A DNA stretch of 64,000 bases, taken from positions 12,930,729 to 12,994,728 of the forward strand of contig MU056216.1 in the NCBI GenBank assembly GCA_013239625.1, in the 5' to 3' direction. The stretch comes from Lama guanicoe. Its lineage: Eukaryota. The notes under the pieces were generated by a model that had not been told where the DNA came from, did no database searches, and worked only from the letters and a program-made list of their open reading frames with translations. Below are positions 50,833 through 62,723 of the stretch, piece by piece (position 1 is the first letter of the stretch; each line of letters opens with the position of its first letter). A program made the position numbers and the translations under genes.

Positions 50833-52329
50833 GTGAGCCCTGCCTCCACCATTGCCCGCCCAGCCCCTCAGGAGAGGGGCGTTCTGTTCACCCTGGGGGG
50901 TGTCTTCAGGGATGCCCCTGAGTAGCCCTGTGTGGCCCAGCTGTGCTAGGAGTATTTTCCAAAAGTGGGCAGCACATCCTTGACCTTTCCCTACCTGTGT
51001 CTTCTCTTGACCCCTGACATGACTCGCCAAGGCCTCTAGCTGGGAACTGACGTTAGAAACGCAGCTTCTAGTGTGAATCCAGGCACAACTGAACAGACCA
51101 CCCAGGAACTGAAGGCCAGACCTGGTCCTCACTCACCAGGTGGGAGCCAGCGAGCTCAGAGCCTGGGATGGAGGGCCACACTGCCCACCCTCCACCCACA
51201 CCGGAGACCCGAGGGGGCTGGTCTGGAGTGGGGGGTGAGGGGATCTGCTGACAGGAGTAATCCTGCTCCACAGAAGCCCACGTGGGGAATGAGATTGTTT
51301 AGACTCATGTCAGGACACGTGTAAACTCACTTTAGGACTCTGCTTGGCACCATCTGGAGCCGCTGCTCACGGTGGTCCCCTGCCGCGCAGGCCTGCGACT
51401 CCAGGAGGACCACAGGCCCTGTGCGATGCCAGCCGGCCCCCTCCGACCCTGCGCAGATGCTTGCTCCTTCTCTCGGACACTTTCTTCCTAAAGCTTTGTG
51501 GATGTTTTGCACTTGGGGCCCTGGGCGGGAATGTGATGACGCTGGCAGTTTTGTGGAGCTGCTGACAAGGACTTGGGCCTGTCTGAGGCGGCACCACATT
51601 TCCTGAACTGGCAGGCCCCCCCCCCTCGCACAGTGGGGGCCTGGCAGGAGCCCTGCGATGGCCTTTGGGAGGAGTCACAGGCAATGAAGGAAGTGAGGGC
51701 TTGGCCACAGTGCAAGGCCTCCGTCTCTCCTCCACTGTCCAGAGACAAGCTATGTCAGACCCACGATGAGGACAGGGGACTCGGGCCGCAAAGGCAGGGC
51801 TAGGGAGCAGCCTGAGGGCAGAGGAGAGAGGAGGGGCCTGTTCCTGTCAGTCGTAGGTGGTGTCCTGGCCAGGAAGGCACTGGAGGCAGGGCCCAGGGCC
51901 ACCTCTGGGCCGCAGAGAGAGCTCCCCACTGCTCGCTTCTTTACTTGCTGGAGAGGGGCAAACGCCAGGAGGTCTGGTTTAAAATGAGGGCACTTCGCAC
52001 TTTACAGCTAAGTATTTCACATGGGCCTCATGTGAAGACCCCAGCCTGCTTCATAGGCAGGCAGGCTTCTCATACGAATTTGATGAGCAATGAAACTAAG
52101 CCCCTGAGAAGGACCGTGACTTGTCAGCTAAGTGGAAAGGACTCTGGTTTAGAAGGCCGTCCTCAGGACTGAGCTCCCTAGATCACAGGGCTGATAAATG
52201 AGGAATCTACCCACATTCCTTAGAAGAAATGTTTCTCTAATATGGCCACTCATGCTTTGAATCAAGTATCTCCATCCACTTTTCATATGATCTGAAAATC
52301 ACAAGGGCAAGTTCTCAATGACTAACAGT

Positions 52330-52560
52330 AATAATAATCATTGCAGTCATTAATAATAACATTCAACATTTATCAGTTACTTAGTGCTTATTAAGTGTCG
52401 CACTGTTTTAAACACTTTACGTATTAATTTACCCAGTTCTCATAAACAACCTTATAAAGTGGGTACTGTCATCTCCATTCACAGATGAGGAAACCTAAGT
52501 GATGTGCCACTTTGCTAATAAGTTAAGCAAACCGAGCCTGGGTCCAGAGTCCACAACACC
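52330..52560 (-). mobile_element. MIR
   Basis: aataataacatt...cactttacgtatta...acaaccttataaagtgggtact...cacagatgaggaaacc. Confidence 0.75.
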
Positions 52561-55349
52561 ATGCTACAAACCTTCAGGCTGTGTTTCCAATTCTTATCCT
52601 GGTTCTGGTCCAAAATAACTCTAAAAGTACAAAGTCACATTGGCCCAAAACCTCCCCTGGACCTGATCACACCTTCACGTCTGTGTAAGGCAGCACTTGA
52701 ACCCCAGCCTGCAGAGAGAAGGGTGGCTCCTCGATCTGGGGAGTTCATTCTAGAAGTTATAACAAGAAAGCAGGGGCTCTGTGCAGTGTTTGCTAAGAAG
52801 TCCAGGACTCTGACCTCCAGCCATCCTCGAGCCTTTGGAAGCCCATGGAGTAATTTCCTTCCTGTTCGCTCCCACAGTGGGAGGGCCTGGGTGAGGACGA
52901 GAGCGGCACTCCGAATCAGGTTCTGTGACCTGAACTTGGCCTAAGTTGGCAAGCACTTGGGAGCCTGGGTGACAGCTTGGAAAGGAAGCTCTTCCCACAT
53001 CCCCCACTTATCTCAAGAAGCGCTGTGAGGCTTGGGGCAACTGGTGTCCCCTTTCCTTACTAAACCTGTTTACTCAGTGATGAAAGCCTGTTCAACGTTG
53101 AGTCACGGGTCCCTCGCCCAGAGCCTGTTTAATCAGGTGTCTTTCAATAAGATGATAAGCAATGAATGTCTTGATATTTTTTCTCCTCCTTTGGTGTTTG
53201 CTGAGATGATCTGCATTGAATTTTAGGCAGAGGGATGGAAACCAGAAATCTGAAACCAAGAATCAAAATAAAAACCAGCAGTAGTCGTAGGTGGTCCCTC
53301 TGGCTGGTTTCAGCAGAAAGGGACCTACGCACGGTCCCTGTGCTCCCGACAGCTGCTTCTCGGCGGCCAAGTGGTGCTGGCCGAGATAAGCCTGCGGCCT
53401 CGGCCGGCCCGAACACTCTTCACTCTAGGCCTCTCTTTTTTGCCTGGTTCAAGCCCTTCTCGCTTTGGCGACCTTTGAGAGAATATCTGTGTATATTGTT
53501 CTTCCATGCCTCTGAGAGTGTTTATTTCAAGAGACAAGGGAGCCTTAGACATAGGGCTGACGCAGGCCAGCCTCCACCACAGCCCATGCACCTGCGGTGC
53601 GGGTCTCAGCCTTGCGTCTGGTGACCACCTGTTTCTGCAGTATGCGTCTGTGTACCTGTCGCAATAAACTAGCACGGGGGTAAACAAGCCTTCCCAGGAG
53701 GGCCGCGCAGGCCCGCGCAGGCTCCGTCCTGTGTGCCTCAGACCTCTGGCCACCAGCAGGCTGGCCCAGGTTGTCTGAATGGAGCCCGTGCCTGGAGCCC
53801 TGACTGTGCGGCACTGTTGCGCAGGGAGAGGTAAGGGGTCTTGGGCACTGCGGCCCGTGTCCTGTGTCCCCAGAGAGCAGGGATAACAGCCCAGGGTTAA
53901 GAGCCCCCTTCTTCACTTGCAGCCTCCTAGGTGCCTGTAAACTGCCTAGTGCAGTGGTGCCTGACCCTGGCCCCTGGTCACACTCAGCCAAGGGCCCTCG
54001 CAGCTCAGAGCTGGTCGACCCCCGGGAGTTGGGTAAAAGGGGTACAGAAGATGGAATACAGGGTGGGAGGGACCAGAATCAGCTTCTGCGGGGTCTTGAC
54101 TGGAGGTCTGGACCTAGGTGGGAGAACTAGTGATTCAGACGTGTGATCTTTATGAGCTCTTGTCCCTTCATCAAAGGCTTAGGGCATCTGCCCACTGGGT
54201 ACTTTTCAGAAAGCAGCACCTCAGCTCCACCCCCCAGCCATAGGAGCTTGCTTGCGCTGACGGGTGCCCGTGGTACCACCATTCCCCCAGGCACCTAGAA
54301 TTTTGTCCTTGGGTTAAATCAGAACCTTTGGACACACACTCCAGTTTTGATCTGACCCCACCAGAGTCCTCCACAGTCCAGGTGGTCTTCTGAGAGAAAA
54401 GACTACTTACGATAAACATCTCTTGAGGACAAAGAGCCCAAAGAGGATTAACCCTTAAGGCAGGGTGTGTGCGCCCCAGCCCACCCACCGCAGGTGTTTT
54501 GCAAAGGGGCAGACAGAGACCTGTCCTCCCCGCAAACGTGACCAAGAGAGGAGACCGACGCCTTTCCGTCTAAACAGTCAGGAGAATCACGGGGGAACCT
54601 GCAGACATTTAAGTCCCAGGACAAGAGCTGGCTTCTGTAATATTAAGATAAACAGTTTCAAACCCAGAGGCTCAGCCTGCACCTTTTGTCTTGAGTGGGG
54701 AGAGGCCAGTGTTTACGAGGGCAGCTGTGAAATGTGAGGTGGGGCTACGCAGCCACGTGCAGAAAGCTCGCACTCGGCCAAGGAGCGCCTCAGGCTGTGT
54801 GGATGGCCACCTTTTAAAAGGAAGTGACATGGGAGATGGACACAGAGCCTCCCCCCGAATCACCACAGCCGAGCTTGGTAATGGACGTGGACGTGCTCGT
54901 GCTCACTAACAAGCCCAAGCCGACTCCCATCACAGCCCTGTCGGCAGCCCTACGGCCTCCGCACCCACGGAGAGCTGGGTCTGCGTCACCGCCCCCCCCC
55001 CAAGGACACTGTCCTGCTCTTGACAAGGCGGGAGGGCACCACACTCCACAGCCCAGTGGCCGGGGCTGTTTCTGCTCCACTCGGAGCACAGGCCTCCCAA
55101 AAGCCGGGCCGTCAGGGGCTCCGGGGGCTGCTTTACTGGTTTGCCAGTGCAGACCTATTTTCCACTACCGGCAGGACCTGACCCAGGCAGCCTGTGTGTG
55201 TCGCAGCTGCGTCCCCAGATCTAAAAATGAAGCAAACACCACACGCGTGTGGTCTTCACTCGCGTGCCCCCAGCCCCTTTGCTGGTGCGCAGGGAGACCC
55301 CGGGAGTCGCCTGCTCTCCAGCGACTTCTGCTCTACTTTCTCCCGGCAG

Positions 55350-55455
55350 CTATCAGACCATGCTGGACTGCTGGCACAGAGACCCCGCAGACAGGCCGCG
55401 ATTCGCAGAGCTTGTGGAGAAACTAGGCGACCTGCTCCAAGCCAACGTACAGCAG
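55350..55455 (+). CDS. FLT1: FLT1 exon 26 (end of kinase domain): [35 protein letters not shown]
   Basis: cccggcag|CTATC ... CAGCAG|gtgagc; 106 nt. Confidence 0.98.
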
Positions 55456-55573
55456 GTGAGCTTACCCAGACTATCAGGACGCCAGACGCCTTGAATGTAA
55501 GGCAGGGGGTCTTATTTGTCTGGTGTTATTTTAATGGCTGTTAAAAGCTGAGATCAGCAGTAAAAGAAAAATT

Positions 55574-55604
55574 GTGTGTGTGTGTGTACGTGTGTGTGTG
55601 TGTA
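55574..55604. repeat. Interrupted (GT)n microsatellite, intron 26
   Basis: gtgtgtgtgtgtgt-ac-gtgtgtgtgtgtgt. Confidence 0.9.
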
Positions 55605-55742
55605 TACACGTACGAGCAGAACTTGCTTCCCCGAACACAACCAGGACTGTGGCAGGCACACAGTAGAAGCTGACGCGGTGGTCCGCAGAAGCGGGATGAA
55701 GTGGGAACGTGGGCACCCAGAGCTCCGCCCTTGGTCTTGCAG

Positions 55743-55885
55743 GATGGGAAGGACTACATCCCACTCAACGCCATACTGACAGGAACCAGCGGGTTCACGT
55801 ACTCAACTCCTGCCTTCTCTGAGGACTTCTTCAAGGAAGATATTTCTGCTCCAAAGTTTAATTCAGGAAGTTCTGATAATGTAAG
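55743..55885 (+). CDS. FLT1: FLT1 exon 27 (contains Y1169 equivalent): DGKDYIPLNAILTGTSGFTYSTPAFSEDFFKEDISAPKFNSGSSDNV(R)
   Basis: tcttgcag|GATGG ... GTAAG|gtaaga; 143 nt. Confidence 0.97.
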
Positions 55886-57762
55886 GTAAGATTTCTTTCT
55901 TTCTCCAAATTCATTTAATAAAATTTTAAACGTATTAAAAAAGCCCACCTCCTAAGCCCAACCAGAGCATCCTGCCTGTCCTATCTCTCCCCTCCGAACA
56001 CGCGTGTTTTCCTTTTTGCTGAACCATTAGAAAGAGGACAGCGGGCCCTGTGACACTTCCCTCTGAACACTGGTCCACCTCTGGGAAGGCTGCTCTCCCT
56101 TCCCAGACACCACAGAAATGGATGATTCCTTCATATTAAATTTTCAAATTTCCATTATTTTCCCCAAATGTCTTTTATACTTTTTAAAAAGCACCCTCCA
56201 ATCGAGAATAACACACTACATTCCCTCTGGTTTCTCTAGTCTGTCTTATTCTAGATGAACTGCTCCACCTTTCTTCCCCCAATGACCTTGACTTTTTTCA
56301 TACCTTCCATAAAAGGAAACAAACTGGATTTTTCCCTCTTACCTGACAAACTAACGTCTCTCTCATTCCTGAAGAGGAGACTGAGGAAGGGGTGAGATAC
56401 TGGGGGCGGGGAAAGGGAGAAAGATGCACTGAGCACATCCGCAGCGCGGGGGATCCACACTCCAGTGCCAGCGGTTACCATGTGTCCCCCACTCCCAGGG
56501 CCAGCGGCTGCAGACACGTGCTGGGTGTGGCCTGGCGCTGTGCTAGGCTCTCTGCAGACTCCACCTTCATGCTCAGAACAGTGCTATGCGGACATCCAGA
56601 TATCCTTCCTGTCATACAAACAGCAACATCAAAGCTCCACAGCTTGCCAAAATTGTGTGGCTAGAAAGCGGCAGAAATAGGATTCCTAACCCAGGCATCT
56701 GACATGCCCTCCCTGTCCCCTGCAGTCAGGACTCTCTCTAGGACTTTTAGACTATCCTGTGAGCCTTCTAGCATCTTTATATGCAGTAGGTATAGTCCCA
56801 GGGCTCTGACCTCAGTCCGGCCAACCTTGCCAGGCGACCAGGCAAGGCGAGGGAAGAGCCGCAATGTCTGAGAGGACTGAGCCTGTCACAGGCCTGGAGC
56901 AAGCCCTGGGCCAGCCGACATTTGTGAATGGCTTACAGGTGAGCGGCCCTGTTTATACTTCACAACCAGCCCAAGAGGCTGAAAGAGATGAGTCCATCTT
57001 TTGAAGATGAGAAAACTAGCTTGCATTAAGTCCATTAGCAAAGTCGGACTGGGTCAGACCTCGGGAGGAGGCGTCAGAGCTACGTGGGCCCGTCCGGCCT
57101 GCCACTTAGCCTAACAGGGTGCCTGTCTGGGAAGTGGGACCTCGTCTACGGCGACGGGGCATCAGCCGAGTGAGCATACAGTGATGTCCCTGCTGGTCCC
57201 TCCTAGTACATGGTCCACAAAAGCTCAGTGGGCAGTTACAGGGAAATCATGTAAACACCGCCCCGTCCCCCAGTCTGTAATCAGAGAACAGGGTGTGCAG
57301 GCCTGGCCCCAGTCCCCAATTATGCCACCGAACTGGCTGTGTGGCCTGATGGGTCCTGGCCTTTCACGGTAACAGCTGCTCTGATGAAGCCGTGTCCCCG
57401 CTCTGGGCATCACTTCTCCCCTTTGGGATGTGGGTGTTTAGACCAGATGACGACTCAGGTGTCTTCTTGGCCTGACACCTGATTCTTCGAGGGACCAGAG
57501 GCCCGACCGCTACTGAATCTCTGAAGGGTTCCCCTGGGGTTTTGCTCAAAACCATGCCATGTGGATTAGCAGCCATGGGAGGAAGTAGCATCACCTCAGG
57601 ATTCCTAGGAGGGCACAGCCAGAGACTCACAGCCTCCCAGGGAGCGAGGCGAGACCTCCTGGTGTTCTGGCTCCTTGTAGCAGGGCTGCGGTGCCCACGG
57701 TCTCCCGACTAACCAAAGCCGGAGGCACTTCCCTGTCCTGACTACTCTTTCTGCTTCTTTAG

Positions 57763-57847
57763 ATATGTAAATGCTTTCAATTTAATCAGCCTGGAAAGAA
57801 TCAAAACCTTCGAAGAACTTTCACCAAATGCCACCTCCATGCTTGAT
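57763..57847 (+). CDS. FLT1: FLT1 exon 28 (Y1213 equivalent): YVNAFNLISLERIKTFEELSPNATSMLD
   Basis: ttctttag|ATATG ... GAT|gtaagt; 85 nt. Confidence 0.97.
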
Positions 57848-59502
57848 GTAAGTAATGGAATTAACCCACCAGTGCCCGCCTGGCAGGACCCTTGGCCAGA
57901 CCCCATCCAAACACAAACCCCAGTGGTCTGGTGGCTCTCAGTCCACGGGGGCCAGTAATCAGCGGTGGCTGAAATGACAATTTCGGGGGACTGACAACAA
58001 GACTTAGCTATACAGAACTAATTAGAAAGTAATTCTAGTTTGAAGATGACCCAGAATTCACTCCAGGGCCTGAGTCCTTGCCTGGTCATAGTCTAGTCCC
58101 TCCGTGGTGGGTTCTCAGCTTCTGGGCTCTCAGTGACGGAACCCTGCTTTCAGAGTAACAGAGGGACCCAAAGCTGTGTGAGTAGCCGGGCCTTCACAAC
58201 AAAGCAGAGAGCCCTCTCCTACGAGCAGCTTCAGGATCCTGCAAGAAGCCTGCCTGGGCCTTCTGCTCCCTCCCGCTGAGGTTCCAGAGGCTGAACAGCC
58301 ATGTTCCCACCCAGCCACACAGGGAGTAGCAGCCCAGACGGCCTGGCAAATGGGAAGCTAGACCCGCCTGTCCCTTAAAGATCTGGCACACGGGGAGGAG
58401 AGGGAGGCCTGGGCCCGAGTGTGACCTCCAGACACCCTGCTGCTGAGGGAGCTAGAAATGCTGACCTCAGGGCCACCCCTGTGTACCAAGCTGGCTCTGC
58501 ACCGTCACAAGATCTCCAGGGGCTGCGTACACGTTACAGTCTGAGAGGCGCCGGGACTGCCCGTGACCCAGAGGGGCCCGGGAGACCAGCTGCGGTGCGA
58601 AGGTTATGACTGTGAGCGGTGTGGCCTTGAGGCCCAGCACAGCCACCACTGGAAACACCCAGCCCTCTCAGACACCAGATATAAAAAGACTTAAACATTA
58701 AAAACACTGTTAATAAGCTGGAGAATACAGAAGCAAGGTAGCTGGAAATTCTGCTTTGCTGCTCAGGATACTGGTTTTGGGTTTTCAGTCCAAGGAAACG
58801 ATACTGAGCAAAACATGGAAGATTTCTTTGAACCTTAACCCTCGGCTCCTTGACACAGAGGGAACTCGAGCAGCCCCTTCGCTGAGACCCCTTTCCTGGT
58901 AGTCAAGGACGTGCACACAGCCCTGCTGGAGACGGGAGGGGTGGCAGAGCACGTGAGGTCCGCTTACTGGAAATGCCTGATTAACCGGGTAGGAAGGAGT
59001 CTGTGTAAAACTCGATGCTAAATGTGAATCAGTGAGGAAGTAAAATTGCTGGAAACTGTGACCGAGGAGGGCCTAAAAATTCTATAGAATCTTCAAGAAA
59101 GAAACTTAAACCATGTCTTTAATCGTGTCTCAGAACCTTCACATATCATAGCCAATGGTCATCTGCCAAATTAGCTTTAATATACTTATGCAGTAATTTT
59201 CATGAAAGTTTACTAAGAAGAATGCTCACCTGTCGCCTGCAGTTTTCCATTCTGTTTACATTTACTTTGTTCACCTTCAGGAAGAAGGGCCTCAGGGTCA
59301 CTGGGAATAGGGGTTCCTGCAGTGGACAGTTTAGACTAGCCAATACGGAGAGAATGCTTTGTCTTCACAGGCAGGGATTGCAAGAGGTGAGGGCAGAGCC
59401 TGGAGTGACTGCACATGTGCATCCCAGCATCACGCCCCTCCACTTGGCAAGGACCCCTCCGGGTCAAGCAGTTGGTGTAACCTTGTCCTTCTTCCCCGCC
59501 AG

Positions 59503-59597
59503 GACTACCAGGTGGACAGTGGCAGTCTGCTGGCATCCCCCTTGCTGAAGCGCTTCACCTGGGCTGAGAGCAAACCCAAGGCTGCGCTGAAGATCAA
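59503..59597 (+). CDS. FLT1: FLT1 exon 29 (Y1242 equivalent): DYQVDSGSLLASPLLKRFTWAESKPKAALKI(N)
   Basis: cccgccag|GACTA ... ATCAA|gtaagg; 95 nt. Confidence 0.97.
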
Positions 59598-60251
59598 GTA
59601 AGGGTACTGGGTGCCTCTTCTAGGGTCACTTCCCAGAGCGGGCGGGGCTGGGGTGAGAAGGAAGATGCTGGGGGTGGGCTGGTTAATTGTGATATTTGAG
59701 GCCTACTTGCTCCCCTGAACTAGTGTCCAGGCACTGCAGAAAGCACTCTTCCCCCTGAAGGACAGGAAAGAAGGCAGAAAAATCAGGTACATGAGTGCAA
59801 CGCTCTGGAAAGACTGCGATTTCAGAGAAAAACAGAAAATTCCAGCAGACAGGCAGCCCACGCATAGCCCCTTAGTTGAAAGGAGCCAGACCCACTCAAC
59901 TGTGAACAGCGCATGATTCGGACAGAAGCGTGCTTCTAGGGGCGGGGAGAATCTGCACCTGGTACCGTGCCCGGGGCCGCGGTGGAGCCAGTCCCGAGAC
60001 AGGCCATCCACAGAGCCCGACCTTTCCAGGTGAAGGCTCATTCCCTTGCGGTCCTGGCCCTCCTTCCTCCACACCTGACCCCTGACACTGCTGTCCGAAT
60101 TCCCCACGGCCCTGCTCCTCTCTGCTCGTCTCTGCCCAGGGACAGGGCTGGACAGGGTGAGGTCGGCCTGTCAGCCATGCCTTCCTCTCCTGGTCCAAAT
60201 GCCAGCCCCTGTCTCACCCACAGGCAGAGCCGGCTCCTCTTTTATCTACAT

Positions 60252-61201
60252 CAGGGGTCTGCCGACCTAGTCTTAAAGGGCCAGATAGCAAACAACCACT
60301 CAGCCCTGCCACTGGAGAGTAAAAGCAGCCGTCAACAGTACCCAAGCGAGGAGGTGCAGCTATGTCCAAGTCAGCTCTGCGCACAGAAACCGGTGGCCAC
60401 GCCCCAGGAGCACAGGAAAATACACTTATCATTAGTCACCAGGGAGATGCAAACGGAAACCACATGAGCTACCGCTTCACACCTGCTAGAACTTAAGAAT
60501 CAGCACAGGCCGACGTGGAGAAGCTCGGGCTCAGGACGCCTGCTGGTGGGAACGTGAAGTGACGCACCACTTTAGAAGATGGCCTAGCAGTCCTCCAAAG
60601 GTTAAACAGAGTAATCGGCCCCAGCCTTCCAGCTTCTTAAGGAGACGCCCACAGCAATGAAAACTCATGGCCACACAAAAACTTGCACATAGATGTTCAT
60701 AACAGCATTACTCATAAAAACCAAAAGTAGAAACAACTCGAATGTCCACCAATTAATGAATGGATAAACAAACAGTAGTATATCCATACAACAAAAAGTA
60801 TGAAACACTGACGCACGCTACCGCATCGGTGAACCTTGAATACTTTAGGTAGACAAGTCTAGTCATAAAACACCATGTATGGTACGGTTCCACTTATGAA
60901 ATGCCTGGAAGAGGCAAATCCAGAGACAGAAAACCCATCCGTGGTTGTCAGGGGCTGGGGGTGGAGGAGTGGGAAAGAGGAGTGACTGGTACACGAATGG
61001 GTGCGGGTTTTGGAGGATGACGAAACTGCTCTAAAACTTGTTATGGTGGCGCCAGCTATGAATATACAAAAGAACACTGACCTCTACGCTTGAAATAGAT
61101 AAAATTGTATGTAAATTATGTCAAGCTGTTGTTTAGAAAAAGAAAAAAAACACCACCGCCAAACAGGTGGCCAGTCCACAGGCTGTAGTTGGCGGACCCT
61201 G
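60252..61201 (+). mobile_element. MER58A-like hAT MITE split by the L1 insertion
   Basis: Left TIR caggggtctgccgac plus taaagggccagatag; right end gtagttggcggaccctg; approximate 8-bp TSD atctacat / atgtaaat. Confidence 0.75.
60400..61160 (+). mobile_element. Older L1M(B)-like 3' fragment inserted into a MER58-like element
   Basis: cattagtcaccagggagatgcaaac...cacacaaaaacttgcacatagatgttcataacagcatta...gaatggataaacaaa...ggcaaatccagagacagaaa; TSD aaaccggtggcca (60387-60399) / aaacaggtggcca (61161-61173). Confidence 0.85.
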
Positions 61202-61209
61202 ATGTAAAT

Positions 61210-62120
61210 CAAAGGGCGGTAACAGACGCGTCCGAGTGACGGCCGCAGCACAGCCCATCCGCTACGAGAGAATTCGCGGGACCGCACCGACTCCAGGCAG
61301 ACACCTGGAGTGTCTGCCTGGCACCAGCCGGGGTGCCAGAGCCGAGCCCCGCGGAGAGCAGCAGATTAGAGGACTCGACGCGGGGTGAGGGGAGGCGCTC
61401 CTTGTTTATGTTTGGGGACACCTCTAGATCTTGGCCAAGAAAGGAAAAACATTCATTGCATCCTCCACTCTGAGACTGAAATACAGGACCCGAACCAGAC
61501 GCCGGCGCCCAGAGCCAGTCTCACAACGCGCTGGTGCCCGGGGTTTTCTCATTCGCACCCCGGCTGCCGACAGAACCCCGCACGAGAGGACAAGAGCGCC
61601 TCCTGCCCCCGCGTGTCCGTCTTAGCCAAGCTGGTGTAACAGCTCGCACCCGGAAGCAGGTGTCCTCACCTCCGCCCTTGCTGGCGACATACCGGCCCAG
61701 AACTTCAGTTTCTAGAACACAAACACGATAGGGAAACCACTGTACTAACCTTTTTGTAGGACGTTCTAGTCGTTTCTTGAGGCCGTTGTAACAACCACAA
61801 ACTCGGCGGCTCCAAACAAGAGAAATGCATTCTCTCGGCACTCCGGAGGCTGGAAGTCCAAGGTCACGGCGTCAGCACGGCCGGGCTCCTTCCGGAGGCC
61901 CTGGGGAGGGTGGGCTCCTCGCCGCTCAGCCCTGGCGTCCCCCTGGGCACCCCCGGCTGCGGCCGCGTCTCTCCTCGGCCTTCCCACCACGTCCTCCCGC
62001 GTGCGCGCGCGCGGCCGGAAGCCCCGCCCCCTCCTTTATAAGGACGGGAGTGATTGCGCCGCGGGCCCACCTGGGTGATGCGGCCGCGGCGCCTCCTCTG
62101 AAGGTCCGTTAGCGTAATCA
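61210..62120. promoter_or_regulatory. CpG-island-like region in intron 29
   Basis: Dense CpG by eye; two GCGGCCGC sites (61959-61966, 62080-62087), a (CG)n run, CCGGAAG, CCCCGCCCC and TATA within 62001-62043. Confidence 0.6.
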
Positions 62121-62210
62121 CAGCTCTTGCCCTGGAAGGTTTGAGTCACAGGTTGCAGGGATTCGACATGAGTGTATTTGGGGGTGGGGAGTGTTTTTTA
62201 GCCTATCCCA
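61765..62210 (-). mobile_element. MLT1 (MaLR) solo LTR, unusually CpG-rich
   Basis: tgtaacaaccacaaact..gcggct..aaacaagagaaatgcattctctc...ggaggctggaagtccaaggtca...ttataaggac...gggcccacc...taatcaca...tcacaggtt.cagggatt: MLT1 landmarks in antisense order. Confidence 0.85.
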
Positions 62211-62521
62211 GCAGCTCACTGACCCGAGAGGAAGGGAGGGCTGGACCCAAGCCTGGGAGTCCTTTCCCACCAGGAATTCTGGGTTTGCAGTAACTAACCA
62301 CACGCTCCGCCCCCTGCCAGTGGACCGACTCTTTCTGCCAATGACACGAGCTGGGGGGAGAGAGGCCGTGTGCAGCTGCAGAGAATCTGAGTGGAGGTCG
62401 GGCTGGGATTCAGTGGCCATTACTTGCGGGGCAGTTACGAACAAGTGACCCACCACTTCAGTGTTTGTTTTCTAGAAACCAATTTTGTTCAATTGACTTT
62501 TGTTTCCTTTACTTTTTTTAG

Positions 62522-62723
62522 CTTGAGAGTAACCAGTAAAAGCAAGGAGTCCGGGCTTTCTGACCTCCCCAGACCCACATTCTGCCATTCCAGCTGTGGG
62601 CACATCAGCACCGGTCAGCGCAGGTTCACCTACGACCACTCGGAGCTGGAGAAGGCCATCTCCTGCTGCTCCCCTCCCCCCGACTACAACTCGGTGGTCC
62701 TGTGTCCCACCCCGCCCGTCTAA
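62522..62723 (+). CDS. FLT1: FLT1 exon 30 coding part: LRVTSKSKESGLSDLPRPTFCHSSCGHISTGQRRFTYDHSELEKAISCCSPPPDYNSVVLCPTPPV*
   Basis: long pyrimidine tract then ttttttag|CTTGA; stop TAA 62721-62723. Confidence 0.98.

Noticed and set aside
54824-55426. 200-aa plus-strand ORF entering exon 26, and the many other 60-180 aa ORFs at 50-63 kb
   Set aside because: Out of frame with FLT1; Pro/Arg/Gly/Ala-rich composition is expected from stop-poor GC-rich intron
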